A stretch of 64,000 bases of DNA from the human T2T-CHM13v2.0 reference genome, Homo sapiens, in assembly GCF_009914755.1 (NCBI RefSeq), contig NC_060944.1; one strand, written 5' to 3'. Shown piece by piece: positions 45,905 to 61,461 of this stretch. The notes under the pieces were generated by a model that saw only the letters and a program-made list of their open reading frames with translations, made no database searches and was not told the origin of the DNA. Every line of letters begins with the position of its first letter. Within the stretch, counting starts at the first letter, position 1. A program made the translations under genes and the position numbers.

Positions 45905-46950
45905 ATTTATGAATACATTCATTCATTCTACACATATAAGTACCTGTTCTCTGTAAGGCCTTGTTCCAAGAAGCAGGAGTACAACAGAGAACAAGAACTA
46001 GTCTTTGTCCTCAAGGAGTTTACTACATTGCTGTGGGTGGAGAAGACAATCAACAATCAATATATAAATATATATCAAGAACTGATAGTTGCTATGAAGA
46101 AGACAACAGTGTAAGACAGAGAGAATGACCGGGAATGGTCACTCTGGTAAAGTGATACCCAGGCAGACAGCCATTCCTAAGGGCCAGGTGCTTCAGGCCC
46201 AGGAGCCTTTAAGTGCCAAAGCCCTGAGGCAGTCTGTGCTTTGCGTGTGCATGTGCAAAGAGGTTGGTGATTCTGGAGCAGCTGAAATGAGGAGAAGAGC
46301 ATAGCAGGTGAATTCTGAAAGGAACTGTGAGTCGGGTCCTGTCAGACCCTGTAGCTATGAGCTATGGATTTTCCTTGGGGAGAGTTGCGTAGTCATTGGA
46401 GGGTTTTGAGAAAGGGTGATATGCTAAGTTTGCTTTCGAATTGATCACCCTGGAAGCTGTTTGGAAACGACTGGGGGTGCCCAGAGCAAGGGTACGAGCA
46501 AGAAGATGAGTTAAACGCTACTGCAGTCATCTGAGTATCTAGGTGAGCATCGGGGTACGGACCAAGGTGGTGGTGATGGAGGTGAGGGAAAGTGGTGGAT
46601 CCTGGGTATATTTTTGAAGATTGGACCAATAGGATTTGCTGATACATAAGAAGTCTTATAGAGTAGAGGAGATAGTCAATCTCAAGATTGTAGTTGTTTC
46701 TGTGTGTGTTTTAACCAGAACAACATGTAGAATGGAGGAAACCTGTACTCGGAAGGGGAAGAGGTTGAGGGGAGAGGAGTATGAGGAGCGACAGTTCAGG
46801 ACATGTTAAACGGGAGATGCCTACCGGTCATCCGGGTGGGAGTGGGAAATAGTCTCCTTAATACACAACTCTGAGATTTGGGGGAGAGATAAGGGTTGCT
46901 GATTTCCAACTGGGAATTGTCAGGTTGTAGATAGATGGTATTTAAACCCG
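45905..46950 (-). mobile_element. L2 fragment
   Basis: cattcattcattc end; cattggagggttttgag...tgggtatatttttgaagattggaccaataggatttgctgat. Confidence 0.7.
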
Positions 46951-47574
46951 CCTGAATGACAAGCTGTCTCTGTGAATCTGTTTAGATTAATAATTCCCTT
47001 CCTTGTTTTTACGATCGTTTCATATCACTGCACAAAGATTTACCTTTTCTCTTCTTATTGGCTACAGATTAGTCTGTTACACAATAATGTGAAGGTAAGA
47101 CTTCTCTGTGTAAGAATAAAAATGAAATTGCCAACTCATCTACTTTTTTGATATAGCAGCAACATAAGCAATTTTTGAGTCAGTCTAAAATCTATTGTAA
47201 TATGCAAATTAAAATGAAATTCTAATATTCATTTAAAAACCGGTTATCAGAACAGTCTTCAATATAGTAGGTCCCAGGATGAAAATTGTGGTCAGCAGGA
47301 AAAAAAAATATTACAGAGGAGATTGGGTCAGAATTTAATTTTACTGTCTCATCTGGTAAATTAAACAGTGGTTAGGGAAATGAACAAACAAAGTATGATA
47401 GAGCCAAAGGATGGACTAAGATCCAGACATTGAAATGATGCTGTAGAAGACAGTATTTAGGAATGTTAGGATATGTTCATAATATACTAAATGACAAAAG
47501 AAAATGGCATGAGAATACGTACGCTATCCAATTTGTGTTAAATATACATTATGTATGTGCCTTTTAAAAAATAT

Positions 47575-47850
47575 TGGCCCTGGCAACATGGCAAAACTCC
47601 ATCTCTACAAAAAATACAAAAATTAGCCAGGCATAGTGGCACATGCCTGTAGTCCCAGCTACTTGTCGGGGGGCTGAGGTGGGAGGATAACTGGAGCCCA
47701 AGAGACTGAGGCTGCAGTGAGCCATGTTTTGCCACTGCACTCCAGCCTGGGCAACAAAGTGAGACCCTGTCAAAAAAATAAAGAAAGAGAAGAAAGGAAA
47801 GAAAGGAAGGAAGGAAGGGAGGGAGAGAAGGAGAGAGGGAGGGAGGCAGG
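47575..47850 (+). mobile_element. 5'-truncated AluJ with a GA-rich tail
   Basis: Begins at ggcaacatgg; (GAAG)n/(GGGA)n tail. Confidence 0.85.
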
Positions 47851-48050
47851 CAGCCAGCCAGGCTATCTGGCTGGGAGAAAATATACCAATATGTCAAAAG
47901 TGGTTTTTATTTCCTTGTTTTGTTTTTCTGGGTAATGGATACGGGTTGATTTAAAATCTACCTTATATGTTTTCCTGTATTTTATGAACATAATAAAAAA
48001 TATAGCAAAAGGAAGAACATAATTTATTACATGTTAAAAAATGTGTAATA

Positions 48051-48424
<374 letters not shown>

Positions 48425-49076
48425 CTACCAGACCCAAAGATAGAGCTGTCTTGGAGACTGTAAACTCCCTGCAGGGGTCGTGGCTGAATGTGAGGGCTTA
48501 GAGCTTTTTTGCTTTTTTCTTGTTCCTGCAATGGTTCCATGCCTATAGTAACATCTTAACTCAGGCTTGTTCCTTGGATTCATTGTACACTCACTGAAAC
48601 CAGGTGATTCAATGTATTCTCTAAGCATATTATTTGGTGGTTTTATGTATGGCTTTTTGTCGTTGTTGCCTAAAAATATTTTAAGGTTTCTGCCCTCAAG
48701 CTAGAAAAACAGTCCAATATCAGATATTTAGATTTGAAAAGAAAATATGAATGCTTCTATTATGACCTTGTTCAGAAATTCTTGTTAAAGACAGTATCAT
48801 GATATAGAGCTAATTCTAAATATTGGCAATAACCATGGAACTCCACAATAAATTATGCGTGGCCTAAGAATTAGCTGCAAAGCGAGAACTATTTTCTCTC
48901 TTTTTTACTGACCAGATATTGAGGACTAAGGGAGATTAAATAATGAGCCTAGGGTCATGCAGCTATTAGTGGCAGATTCTAGACTTTAACTCAGATTTTG
49001 TGACTTTCACGTGGGCTCTTACCACCGTGGAAAATTTCCCAGAATGATTGTTCTAAAGGTAATAAATAGCACAGGA

Positions 49077-49565
<489 letters not shown>

Positions 49566-50617
49566 CTGAACTGCTGACCCAGGGCCCAGAAAGCATAGGG
49601 AGATCATGTTTTCAAATATTATTTTCACAAGAGAATAAGTAGGCAGAACCCAAAGATATTGTTCAGGAAGCCACCTGGAGAATGGCAGTGAATGTGGAGG
49701 GTAGTGTAGATGAGAGCCGAGATTTCAGCAGAATGAGAAAAGCAGGTATTCAGAGGCTGGCTTCACTTGGAATGTGGTTTTATTCTTTCTCTCTTGGACT
49801 GAGATGTCCCTTCTGACTCAACTTTGCCCATGTTTTGTGCTTGAAATATTGATAGAAAATTAGTTGGGTTACATATATGAAACGGAAGATATGATTAGAA
49901 TTGGAAGTTTCTCAGGTTGAGAATGTGTTCAGGCGTGGATGTGGCTTCTGACTCAGCTGAATCTTATCAAGACAGTGTCTTTATTCAGTCGCTTTAGGGC
50001 CCAGGTTGAATGAAAGGAAAATTACAATACGATTTGCATATGCAGAGTTGTTATTGGCAAAGACCCCACTTGAGTTATTAATACTTTAAGGAGCAACCTG
50101 ATGAAAATTTAAGAGCTTGATGAGGATGGAATTAGGTATTGAGGTACTGATCTTTTTGCCATAGTGAAGATTTGTGCTCGTTTCTGAATGAATCCAGACT
50201 GATGTCACAAAGACGGCATATGGTACTCATGATTGACTGTCGCAGAAAACAATTACATCCTGTCGTGCTGTTCAATTTTGCAAAACACAATGCTCTACCA
50301 TAAAAACAGTTGGATTCCAGAGAAGGACAATATGGTGCAGTATTGAGGCTAAGACCTGCCACTGCTCTGCACTCCTGGTCTCAGACTCATGAAAGAAGTG
50401 CACCAGCAGCAAGTCAGTGTCAGCGAAACCAAATGAGGAACTGGGAAACCAGAAATGCATTTGGCAGGTATGGCAGACAGTTGTTTTTCTTTTCTCAGTG
50501 ACAAGCTATGCGCAGTGGTCCGGTCATTAGAATCTTTTTCTCTCCCAAGAGGGCTGATAGAATTTTCTCACCATTATGAGGAAAGGGCCTTGGCAATCAG
50601 CCCTTCACTCACTGTGA

Positions 50618-51074
<457 letters not shown>

Positions 51075-51309
51075 ATATCATGCTTTTAAAATAATCTTCA
51101 GGGCATATACTACTATCTGCTTTTTTTTTTTTGGTAACAGGTTTATTGAGATATGAACATACCACACGTACCATACCATATACATGTACCCTTTCAAACT
51201 GTACAATTTAATGGTTTTAATGTAGTCAGGTTTGTGAAACTATCACAATTGATTCCAAAACATTTTCATCACCCTAAGAAGAAACCCCACCTCCTTTAGC
51301 TATCACCCC

Positions 51310-52146
51310 TGGATACCAAAAATAAAATTCTAAGCTCTTCAGCCAACTGGAAGAACTCCTGTTCTCTGCTAAGGACATTCAAAAGTTAACCTGAAAAACC
51401 AGTTCAGCCCATGATGGGAAGTGGGGGTCAGACATGCCTCATGATACCCTCCTCCCTTTGGAGTTCAGGCAAAACTGACCAGCATTAACATTAAAACAGA
51501 GACCTCAAGACTGACAAAACAGACTCTTTGTAGGAGTAAGATACTAACATGAGAGATAGCAGGCCCTGAAAGACATTTAAGTATTTTACTCCAAAATATA
51601 TTATTTGACATATTTTGAAATGACCCTGCAAAGCTGTCTCTTGTGGGGAAAATCTGTATTCTGTAGAGAATCTTCTTCCCTTTTCAGGTGTTTTCTCTGA
51701 TCCAGGAGAGAATTAACTAAGAGTCTGGTGCCCTTTTAATTCTGATAGGATATATTTACCATCTCTTCTCTCTGAAGCCTGGCACCTGAAGGCTTCATCT
51801 GCATCATAAAAACCTTGGTCTCCACAACCCCTTACCTTAACTCAGATACTCCTTTCTGTTAATTCCAGGCCTTTCGATAAATTCCTTCAACCAATTGCCA
51901 ATCAGAAAATTTTTGAATCTACCTATGACCTGGAAGCCCCCATTTGGAGTTGTCTCACCTATCTGGATCAAACCAATGTTCATCTTATATGTATTGATTG
52001 ATGTCTTATGTCTCCCTAAAACATATAAAACCAAGCTGTAGCCCAACCACCTTGGGCAGATGTTCTCAGGATCTTGTGGGGCTTTGTCAATGGGCTATGG
52101 TCACTCATATTTAGCTCAGAATAAATCTTCTCAAATATTTTTGACA
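51310..52146 (+). mobile_element. MER4-group (MER4D/E-like) ERV1 solo LTR
   Basis: tg..accaaaaataaaattctaagc...gttaacctgaaaaaccagttcag...ggtcactcatatttagctcagaataaatc...gaca. Confidence 0.8.
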
Positions 52147-52226
52147 GTACCCTCTAGGCCTCAGCAACCACTGATCTATGTTCTCTCTAGGGATTTGTTT
52201 ATTTGGGACATTTTATGTAAATGGAA

Positions 52227-53295
52227 TATCTTAGTTTATTTTTACGGCTATAACAGAATACCAAAGACTGGGTAATTTATAATGAACAGAAATTTACTTC
52301 TTATAGTTCTAGAGGCTGGGAAGTCCAAGATCAAGGTGCTGGCATCTTGGAAAAGGCCTTCCTGTTGTGTCATAACATGGTGGAAAGTATCAAGTGGTGA
52401 AAGAGCAGAGAGGGCCGGAAGAGAGACCAAGAGGGGATGAACCTACTCCTGCAATAATACACCTGAAACCGCCTTTGAAAAATTATGACAGTAAAAGAAA
52501 TCTGACATGGCTGACTCCATCTTGATTCTAGCCTCACAGGCTGGCTGCCTTCATTTATTCCTGGGCATGGGCCAAGCTAACTTTAAGAGAAATTTAGTTT
52601 ATAGTTTAAATGATAATAGCCCTTCCCTGAAACTAAACTGCCCTTGTAAAATTAATGAAAGGCCAAGTTAGGAGGATGAGAGGGGCCTCAGTTCTTCTAA
52701 GATTTAGATGTAGTTTAAAAATGACCGGACATTATACTGGAGGCCACAAGATTTGCAACTTCCCCAATTATTCCTGCAAATAATATCACTATTGCAGAAC
52801 CTGAGATTGGCCTTTTGAGATGGCTGTTCAGATTTTTGCATTTCTGACAACCAGATGGCCCCACTAGACCTGTAACTCAACTAGTCCTGTGGTCCCACCC
52901 AGAAGTGGGCTCAGCATATGAGGACCATTTTCCACACCCTTATGATTGCATTTCCAACCAATCAGCAGCCCCCATCCCCTAACCCCTTGCCTGCCAAACT
53001 GTCTTTAAAAAACTCCTGACCTCTGAGCCTTCGGTGAGATTGATTTGACTAATAACTCCATTTCCCACGTGGTGTGTCTGACCTCACATCAATTAAGCTC
53101 TTTCTTTACTGCAATGCCATGATCTCCATGAATTGATTTTATTTGTGCAATGGGCAGGAATAACTCATTAGATGGTTACAAACGAACTCCCAAGATAATG
53201 GCAGCCCCTTTGAAAGGTTTCGCCTCCCAAAACAGTCACGAGACAATTAAATTTCAACAGGACTTTTGGGGGGGACAAACATTCAAACCATAGCA
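52227..53295 (-). mobile_element. MST (MaLR) LTR split by LTR8
   Basis: ctataacagaataccaaagactgggtaatttataatgaacagaaattt...acaaacattcaaaccatagca; 5-bp TSD tggaa. Confidence 0.85.
52464..53180 (+). mobile_element. LTR8/LTR8A ERV1 solo LTR
   Basis: tgaaaccgcctttgaaaaattatgacag...ctgactccatcttg...ctctttctttactgcaat...ggttaca; TG...CA ends. Confidence 0.85.
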
Positions 53296-54199
53296 TGGAA
53301 TAACATAATCCCTGGACTTTCATGACTAGCACATTGTTTTCAGAATCATACATGTTGTAGCACATATCAGAACTTCATTCTTCTTTTTATAGCAATCTGA
53401 ATATTTTTGTTAATTTGTATACAGTTTCATCACAGGTCTCTTAGTTCCATGAGAAAAGAGACCTGTAAGCCCAAGCAACTCCCATGAAGCAAAGCGTCTT
53501 CTGCTTCTACATTGTAACATGGGTCTCGTACTGCATGGTTAGCTTCTCTCCCCAGCAGCATGATGCTTTTTGTGCATTCAGAACCCAATTGATGACATAA
53601 GTCGATTGATTGCTTTAAGTATTTTATGCCACCAGGCAGCATCTTGACTCACTTAGGCCAGGTTAGGAAGAGACCTGCATGCATTCATGCTGTTTAGAGG
53701 GAAAGTTCAAGTGTTGAAGTACAAGAAGGCATTTGTTTGACTTTCACAAAGGCTTGTCTTTCTACTCTTGTGGGATCTTGAGCTAACACTGCTAATAGAA
53801 TTAATAAATGTTCAGTGCTAAACTCCCCTGCTGTTGGATAGTCCTAAATGATTGTGCATATACACATAAGAAAGATCTTTCCCCAAGGTCCTGCTTCTGC
53901 TCATCACTTGAATGGCAAAGTCGAGTGAAGTAGTCTTATTGCCACGTTCCCCACAGTCAGTCACAGCCATGTTAATTTAACCGGGACCTAAAGTTTCAGC
54001 ATGAATTCAGCCTTGGGCTAACAGTGCTTCTAATTTGATAGCTTGGTTAGGATTTATTTTTGAAGACAATTTTCTGCTACTTAGGCAAATCCTGGGTTCA
54101 TTCATTCATTCATTCATTCATCACACATTTGTTAAGCCTCTGAAGGCTCTAGCTAGGTGCTGGGAATAGGATACAGAGATAAAAGATAATCCCTACTTT

Positions 54200-54506
<307 letters not shown>

Positions 54507-55099
54507 CTACTTTTCAGCAGTTCATGGTCTAGAGCAGAAGGAAGGCTAGGTTAGTGACTATCACAAAACAGTGAAATGATGAGATATCTGGTAGAAGCAC
54601 CTGATCCTATTAAGGGAGGAGAAGAGACATCAGGAGCGTATCTAAAGGAGGTGATTCCTGAGCTGACTCCTGAAGGGAAGGTAGAATTTAACCACATAAG
54701 TAATGGGGAGAACCTTTGGGCTTAGGAGCAGATGTGCAATGGATTTCCAGGCTCTTGGAAATGCCTGGGCTGAATGGTGTGGTTTAGGCTATGTTGAGGC
54801 CTGAGAAGGGAAGGGTGTCAAGATCAGAGCCCCCCAATCTAAGAAGTTTGGCCGTTAGCATGAGGATATATAGTCCCTTGACCGGTTAACTCAGGAGACT
54901 AGGCTGGATGTCCCCCATGGTTCTTCCAACTCTAACGTTCCATGATTCTTTTAAGTTTTTCTGACATAGGAAACAAAATGGGTTATTTGTAATTTTTGTG
55001 GTTGTTTTTTATAGAGTCCAGGGACATGATTTTAGTAGGTTATACGGGGTCAGGAGTATGGGTCACGTGTAGTATACAGTTTGTTCCACCATAACACCA

Positions 55100-55130
<31 letters not shown>

Positions 55131-55340
55131 TGAGACTGAGTCTCGCTCTTTTGCCCAGGCTGGAGCGCAGTGGCATGATCTCAGCTCGCTGCCACCATGC
55201 CTGGCTAACTTTTGTATTTTTAGTAGAGACGGAGTTTCAACCATGTTGGCCAGGCTGGTTTTGAACTCCTGACCTCATGATCCATCCACCTCAGCCTCCC
55301 AAAGTGCTAGGATTACAGGCAGGAGCCACTGCGCCCAGCC
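55100..55340 (-). mobile_element. AluS with a large right-arm deletion
   Basis: ctcagctcgctg joined directly to ccaccatgcctggc. Confidence 0.88.
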
Positions 55341-56046
55341 ACACCACTTCTATATTGCCACTGAGCTCAGATGTATTTGAAAAATTGGAAATTCACTACA
55401 ATATTAAGGTTGTGTTGGTTCCTAAGCAATTTTTTCTAAGAAAGGAAAGCCCAGATTAGAAGGAGTGAAATTGTAACCTTAAGCTGGATAGGAAAAGGTA
55501 CTTACAGACTGGTGCACAGGCATGGCCTCTTCCAGAAGATGAACCATGAGCACAAGTCCCTGGACTCCCTCCCTATAAAGGGGTGTGCCCAGCCTTTGCA
55601 GTCTTGCTCAGCTCCTGTTCATGTGGCTGCACAGCCACCATTGCCAGCTTTCTGCAATAGCCCCTTCTCTACCTCTGTCACCTGGACTTCCTCAAGCTGG
55701 CACTTCCAATCAAGTGTTTTCTACATTTTTTATAACCCCAAATCAACCTCCAGTCTAGCTGGGCTGTGCAAGCTATCCCCCAAAGTAACAATGACTCTGG
55801 TTGTAAATAGGCATACATTTGAATGGCCAACCCACCCCCTGAATTTTCCCACAATTTTGTGAATGGGAGGTTTTTCAAGAACTTCTGTGTCACCTTACAG
55901 GGGAAATCCCCATACTTTACAATTCTATGGCTCAGGGTAATTTTTATTTTTACTTGTTAATGTGAAGATATTATATCTATTGTAAAAAAAAACTATATAA
56001 AAATATATTTTTTAAGTAGGAAGACTGTAATCCTTCTCTCCAAATA

Positions 56047-56638
56047 CACTAAATCCTCATTTAACGTTGTTGATAGATTCTGTGGCTTTAGCAGAAGGAC
56101 ATACAGCAGAACCAATTTTCCCGTAGGCTGATTGAAATAAAGAAGAGTTAAATTCCTATGGCATATTTCTGGTTACAAAAACATTACCAAACTTCTAGAT
56201 AAAGACAAAAACACTTCTAATATTACACATTGAAATAAATGTGAGCTATACGTACATTTGAGAAAAGATTAATCAAAACAAGACGATTATTTACCCAGTG
56301 GTTCCAGTTCAGGGTCACGGGTGGCCAGAGCCCACCATCTCTGCAGCTCTGGGTGCCAAATGGGACCCAGCCTGGACAGGATGCCCTCCCGTCTCAGGAC
56401 ACACTCACCCATACCCACACCCACTGAGACAGGGACCATTTAGACACACCAGTGAAGCCAACAGGCAGTTTTGGGATATGAAAGGAAAGCGGAGGACCCA
56501 GAGAAAACACAAGCAGGCATGGGGAGAACGTGCCAAATCGACACAGACAGTGACCCTGCCAGGAACAGATTTCTATATTCACATTGAAGTTGTAATGAAA
56601 CAAAGCTGAATGCATTGACGTTATTTGAGGACCTGCGG
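56047..56638. mobile_element. MER82 (TcMar-Tigger non-autonomous element)
   Basis: Termini tcctcatttaacgt / acgttatttgaggac; internal gcatatttctggttacaaaaacattaccaaacttcta and ttccagttcagggtcacgggtggcc. Confidence 0.8.
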
Positions 56639-57324
56639 CGCTCCAGGTAACCCAATTTCAACTCTTCCAAACATGAGTGCTAACTGCTATTTCCACCGGG
56701 GCGGTACATCAGTGCCACTTGTGGCCCTCCACTGGTGGTTGATATCAAGGATAGAGGGACTCAGAGCGTCACAGAAGAGGGAGCGGAAACCTGCCTACTG
56801 GATTCTCACCAAATGACTTCCTGCGTCTTTTCTCCCTGACACAATTATGCAGACATTTCTGCATTGTTATAAGGCTTTTCTTTTTGTCCAAAGACAATTA
56901 AAATGCTTCTTTCATAAAATTAGATATTTTTCCAAAGGGTTGAGAAAGAACTAGAGAGCCCGGCTTTGTACCGTTCTCCTCTTCAAAACGCGGTGTTGCT
57001 GTCATTTCACTCTTGATCCCAAATCAGCTTTCTGAAAATACAGTCAAATCATGCTGGGCTGCCTAAATATATTTGCAGTGAAGTAGTGAATAATTTGAAG
57101 TGACTAGTATTCCACAAATGTTTTCTTTATATGAAATTTTCTGTTAAATTAAATAGAATCTCTTTATATCAAGAAAATCAAATAACCCCTACCTCTAAAT
57201 TGAGTTCTTTTCCTTCTTTTATTTTTTGAATTCCATGCAAATGAAATAGAATGTTACTAAAAGTCACTGGTAAATCGTTTTGGATTTTTTTAGACTTTCA
57301 TGTATACAGAAATAACCACTATGA

Positions 57325-57465
57325 GAAGCTGACGAGGTGAGGGATATGTTAATTAGCTCAAATGAATTTTTTTATAGTATGTACATAGATCAAAACATCA
57401 CATTGTACTCTATAAATATGCATACTTATTATTTGTCCATTAAAAATACATTTTAAAAATTAAAA
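57325..57465 (+). mobile_element. L1MA 3' terminal fragment
   Basis: gaggtgagggatatgttaattagc...atcaaaacatcacattgtac. Confidence 0.75.
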
Positions 57466-57898
57466 ACAAGAAACAGCTGCAGAACTTTTCTACTAGCTTA
57501 GTACTTAGCTTTTGGACCTTTTCATCTAAAAGTTTATTTTTAGGAAAAGTTATCCTCATGGAATCTAATCCTGTGTGATTCCACTTGGGGGCATGTTTTG
57601 GTAATTGTGGAATTATGATAGGGACAGGGAATTCGATTCAGCAAATGTAAATTCAATGCATATAAATTAAATTTTCTTTTGAGTGAATATTATAATCTTT
57701 TTTTCAAGTTGAATCTCATGAACTACAATGAGTTTTGGTCTTCAACATATGAAGCCTCCTATTATTTTGGCTTTACTGAGTGAATTATGCCTGAAACTAC
57801 CATGCTGATGGGATGTGTACAGTGGAGACTTTTTTTTCTTTAAGAGATTAGAAATTTTTTTAAAAAAAATCCTAACATGGGCGTTGCAATTTCTAATT

Positions 57899-57900
<2 letters not shown>

Positions 57901-57933
<33 letters not shown>
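57901..57933. repeat. (CAT)11 trinucleotide repeat
   Basis: Direct reading. Confidence 0.95.
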
Positions 57934-57934
<1 letters not shown>

Positions 57935-58768
57935 TCCATTTTTCCCCTTTACCTATTTGTTACTAGGTAAGTCCAAGTAGGTATCATCTCATCAAACTCT
58001 CATACTTTCCAAATGGATAGGTGTATAATTTCGACAATTTTCATATGAGCAACTAAAATGACATTGCACTAGGTCTGTAACCCCCTGTGTCTCCTTCGTG
58101 GTACGACATATAAATGTTTCATTTCCAATTCATGTAAATCTTCCATCTTTGCCAAGTATTACATTGTGCCTATGTGTAGTTAACTGGGCCTTGAATGGGA
58201 GGATACTTAAATAGCCGTCAGCTCTCGCCAATGTGAAATTACCTCCCAATGAACATCTTGCATAAATCTTTGTGGGTGAATTTTTTTAAAGATGGGAATG
58301 GATTATTTGATATTCAAGCATCCAGGAAATTCAACTTTGCAAATAGTCACTTCTTACACAATGGCATAATCAACCTGCGTCATGATTGTGTCTAAGACCA
58401 GGGCTCAGATACGGGGGTGCCTGGAGGTCTGCTTCCACTTGCACCCCCATTCTTCTTGCATGCGTTGACCCCGTTCACCTTTCCTTTTATTCTACCCATC
58501 CTACAGGCTCTTTTCTCTCTGAAACTTTCCTTCTTTTGTATAATTCTTTCCCCGATGTGGTTGGTCAGGCTGTTGACTGCTCTCTGATAATCTGGGGGAC
58601 TAGAACTGTGTCTTTAGAGTTGCCTGCTGCCAAAAGCCATTTCATCTTTTTTCCTCCCTCAATGTCTGGAACAATGATTTGTCGACAATACTTGTTCAAA
58701 CAGACTTTTATTTTTTCTTTCTGATGCCAGAACACCCAACACAAGTCAGTTTAAACTGACAAGAATTA

Positions 58769-59102
58769 GGCTGGGTGTGGTGGCTGACACCTGTAATCCT
58801 AACATTCTGGGAGGCCGAGGCGGGTGGATCACCTGAGGTCAGGAGTTCGAAATCAGCCTGGCCAACATGGAGAAACCCCATCTCTACTAAAAATACAAAA
58901 AAAAAAAAAAAAAAAAGAAAAATTAGCCGGGCGTGGTGGCATGTACCTGTACTTCCAGCTACTCAGGAGGCTGAGGCAGGAGAATTGCTTGAGCCCAGAG
59001 GCGGAGGTTGCAGTGAGCTGTGATCGTGCTACCACACTCCAGCCTTGCTGACAGAGCAAGACTCCATCTGAAAAAAAACAAAAACAAAACAAAACAAAAA
59101 AA
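58769..59102 (+). mobile_element. AluS with an expanded central A-run
   Basis: TSD aaactgamaagaat. Confidence 0.92.
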
Positions 59103-59691
59103 CCCCAAACTGAAAAGAATGAAATGGCTAATACAATTGAAAAGTCTGGGGCCAGCCTCTGGATTCAGTGGGATCCAAGGTCTCAGTGGAGTGTGTGAAG
59201 ATCTCTCTGCTTTTCTTGGCTGTCTTCTTCTGAATGGTGTCTACTCACTGTCACGTGGTCCCTTTGTAGTTCCAAGATAGGCTCCAGTCCCATCTCCAGC
59301 CTCTTAACAACTCCACGAGAAATCATTCAACACATGTTACTTGTATATCTATTACATGCAAGGCAATATTCTGCACTCTGGGGATAGATCAATGAACAAA
59401 ACAGTCATAAATCTTTAGCTTACTTCTGCTGATTCTCTCTTCCACAAAAATGCTAACAATGTCTCAGTAAATTATTTCGGAGTGGTCTGGCATGGGTCAC
59501 CAGCCCAACCCTAAAGTGAATGGGGGAATCAGCCCCACCGGGACTAGAGGGACTTAGCTGGGTTGGAGGGAAGTTCCCCAAAGGAACGTCATCAAGGCAC
59601 TGTTGCCAGCAGGGTAAAGAATGGATGGTGCTAAGTAAGCAAAAACAGTAGCTGGCCACCATGCCCACCACCTTCAATCGATGTTCATTGA

Positions 59692-60078
<387 letters not shown>

Positions 60079-60139
60079 TAATCTTTGTAGAGCCAAATAT
60101 CTGTATGGCTCTAGAGATATTTGTATCTATCACAGTGTC

Positions 60140-60460
60140 CGGGGGGAAGTCACTTAAAATGAAGATTCTTGGGTTTCATCCCCAGAGACTCTAGATCTTA
60201 AGGCATAGGATGTGGCTGAGCAATCTGCACTTTTAACAGACCGTACACAGGGTCTGGGCGAGGGGCCAGGGACCAGGCTACAAGAAATGATGTAGTGGAC
60301 TGATGAATCACAGCATCAGCATTACTTGAAGTCTTGCTAGAAATGCAAATTTCCATGCCCTTCCCCAGACCTACTGAATCAGGAGCTCTGAGGGTGGGGC
60401 CAGGCCACCTGTATTTGAACAAGTCCTCCAGGTGATTCTCCCGAGAGCTCAGGTCTAGGA
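60140..60460. mobile_element. Two MER5 fragments
   Basis: cagcatcagcattac...tagaaatgcaaat...ccccagacctactgaatcagga...aacaagtcctccaggtgattct. Confidence 0.75.
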
Positions 60461-60637
60461 GCCAATGTTTTGGTGGATGGGGCCCTGGACTGAGGCCAGA
60501 AGCCATGGCTTCAGGTTTGCTGAATGACTTTAGGCAAATCCTAGTAAGCTCTTCTTCTAGAGAAGTGGTCTCTGAAGCATGATGCAGAACAGCCCATAGT
60601 GTGGACAACATGAACAATGAAAAAATCTGCTTAAAAT

Positions 60638-61245
<608 letters not shown>

Positions 61246-61359
61246 TTCTATTTAAACCTATCCTTTCAAACATATTTGTTTTGTTTTGTTTTTCATTTCA
61301 TAGTACATAAGAATAGCTTATTATGTTATGCGCCTTTGTGGGGGATACTTGTAAAAAAA

Positions 61360-61362
<3 letters not shown>

Positions 61363-61390
<28 letters not shown>

Positions 61391-61461
61391 GGAGACAGAG
61401 TCTCGCTCTGTCGCCCAGGCTGGACTGCAGTGGCGCGATCTCGGCTCACTGCAAGTTCCGC
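61363..61461 (-). mobile_element. Severely 5'-truncated AluY-like element
   Basis: About 70 bp plus T28; TSD aaaaaaactcttt at 61353-61365 and 61464-61476. Confidence 0.9.

Larger units (their letters stand above)
51120..53400 (-). mobile_element. L1MB 3' end in three pieces (51120-51309, 52147-52226, 53296-53400)
   Basis: tttattgagata...cattttcatcaccctaagaagaaacccc / gcaaccactgatcta...ggacattttatgtaaatggaa / catgttgtagcacatatcagaacttcattc. Confidence 0.75.

Noticed and set aside
47192-47209. SOX-OCT composite motif
   Set aside because: The octamer ATGCAAAT is perfect, but spacing to ATTGT is non-canonical.
55565-55590. TATA-like cctataaaggggtgtg as an internal promoter
   Set aside because: Isolated motif with no CpG island or downstream exon evidence.
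56690-56740. Possible CTCF sites (ccaccggggcgg, ccaccagtggaggg)
   Set aside because: Several mismatches to the core motif.
57742-57939. Poly-Met ORF
   Set aside because: Reverse strand of the (CAT)11 repeat.
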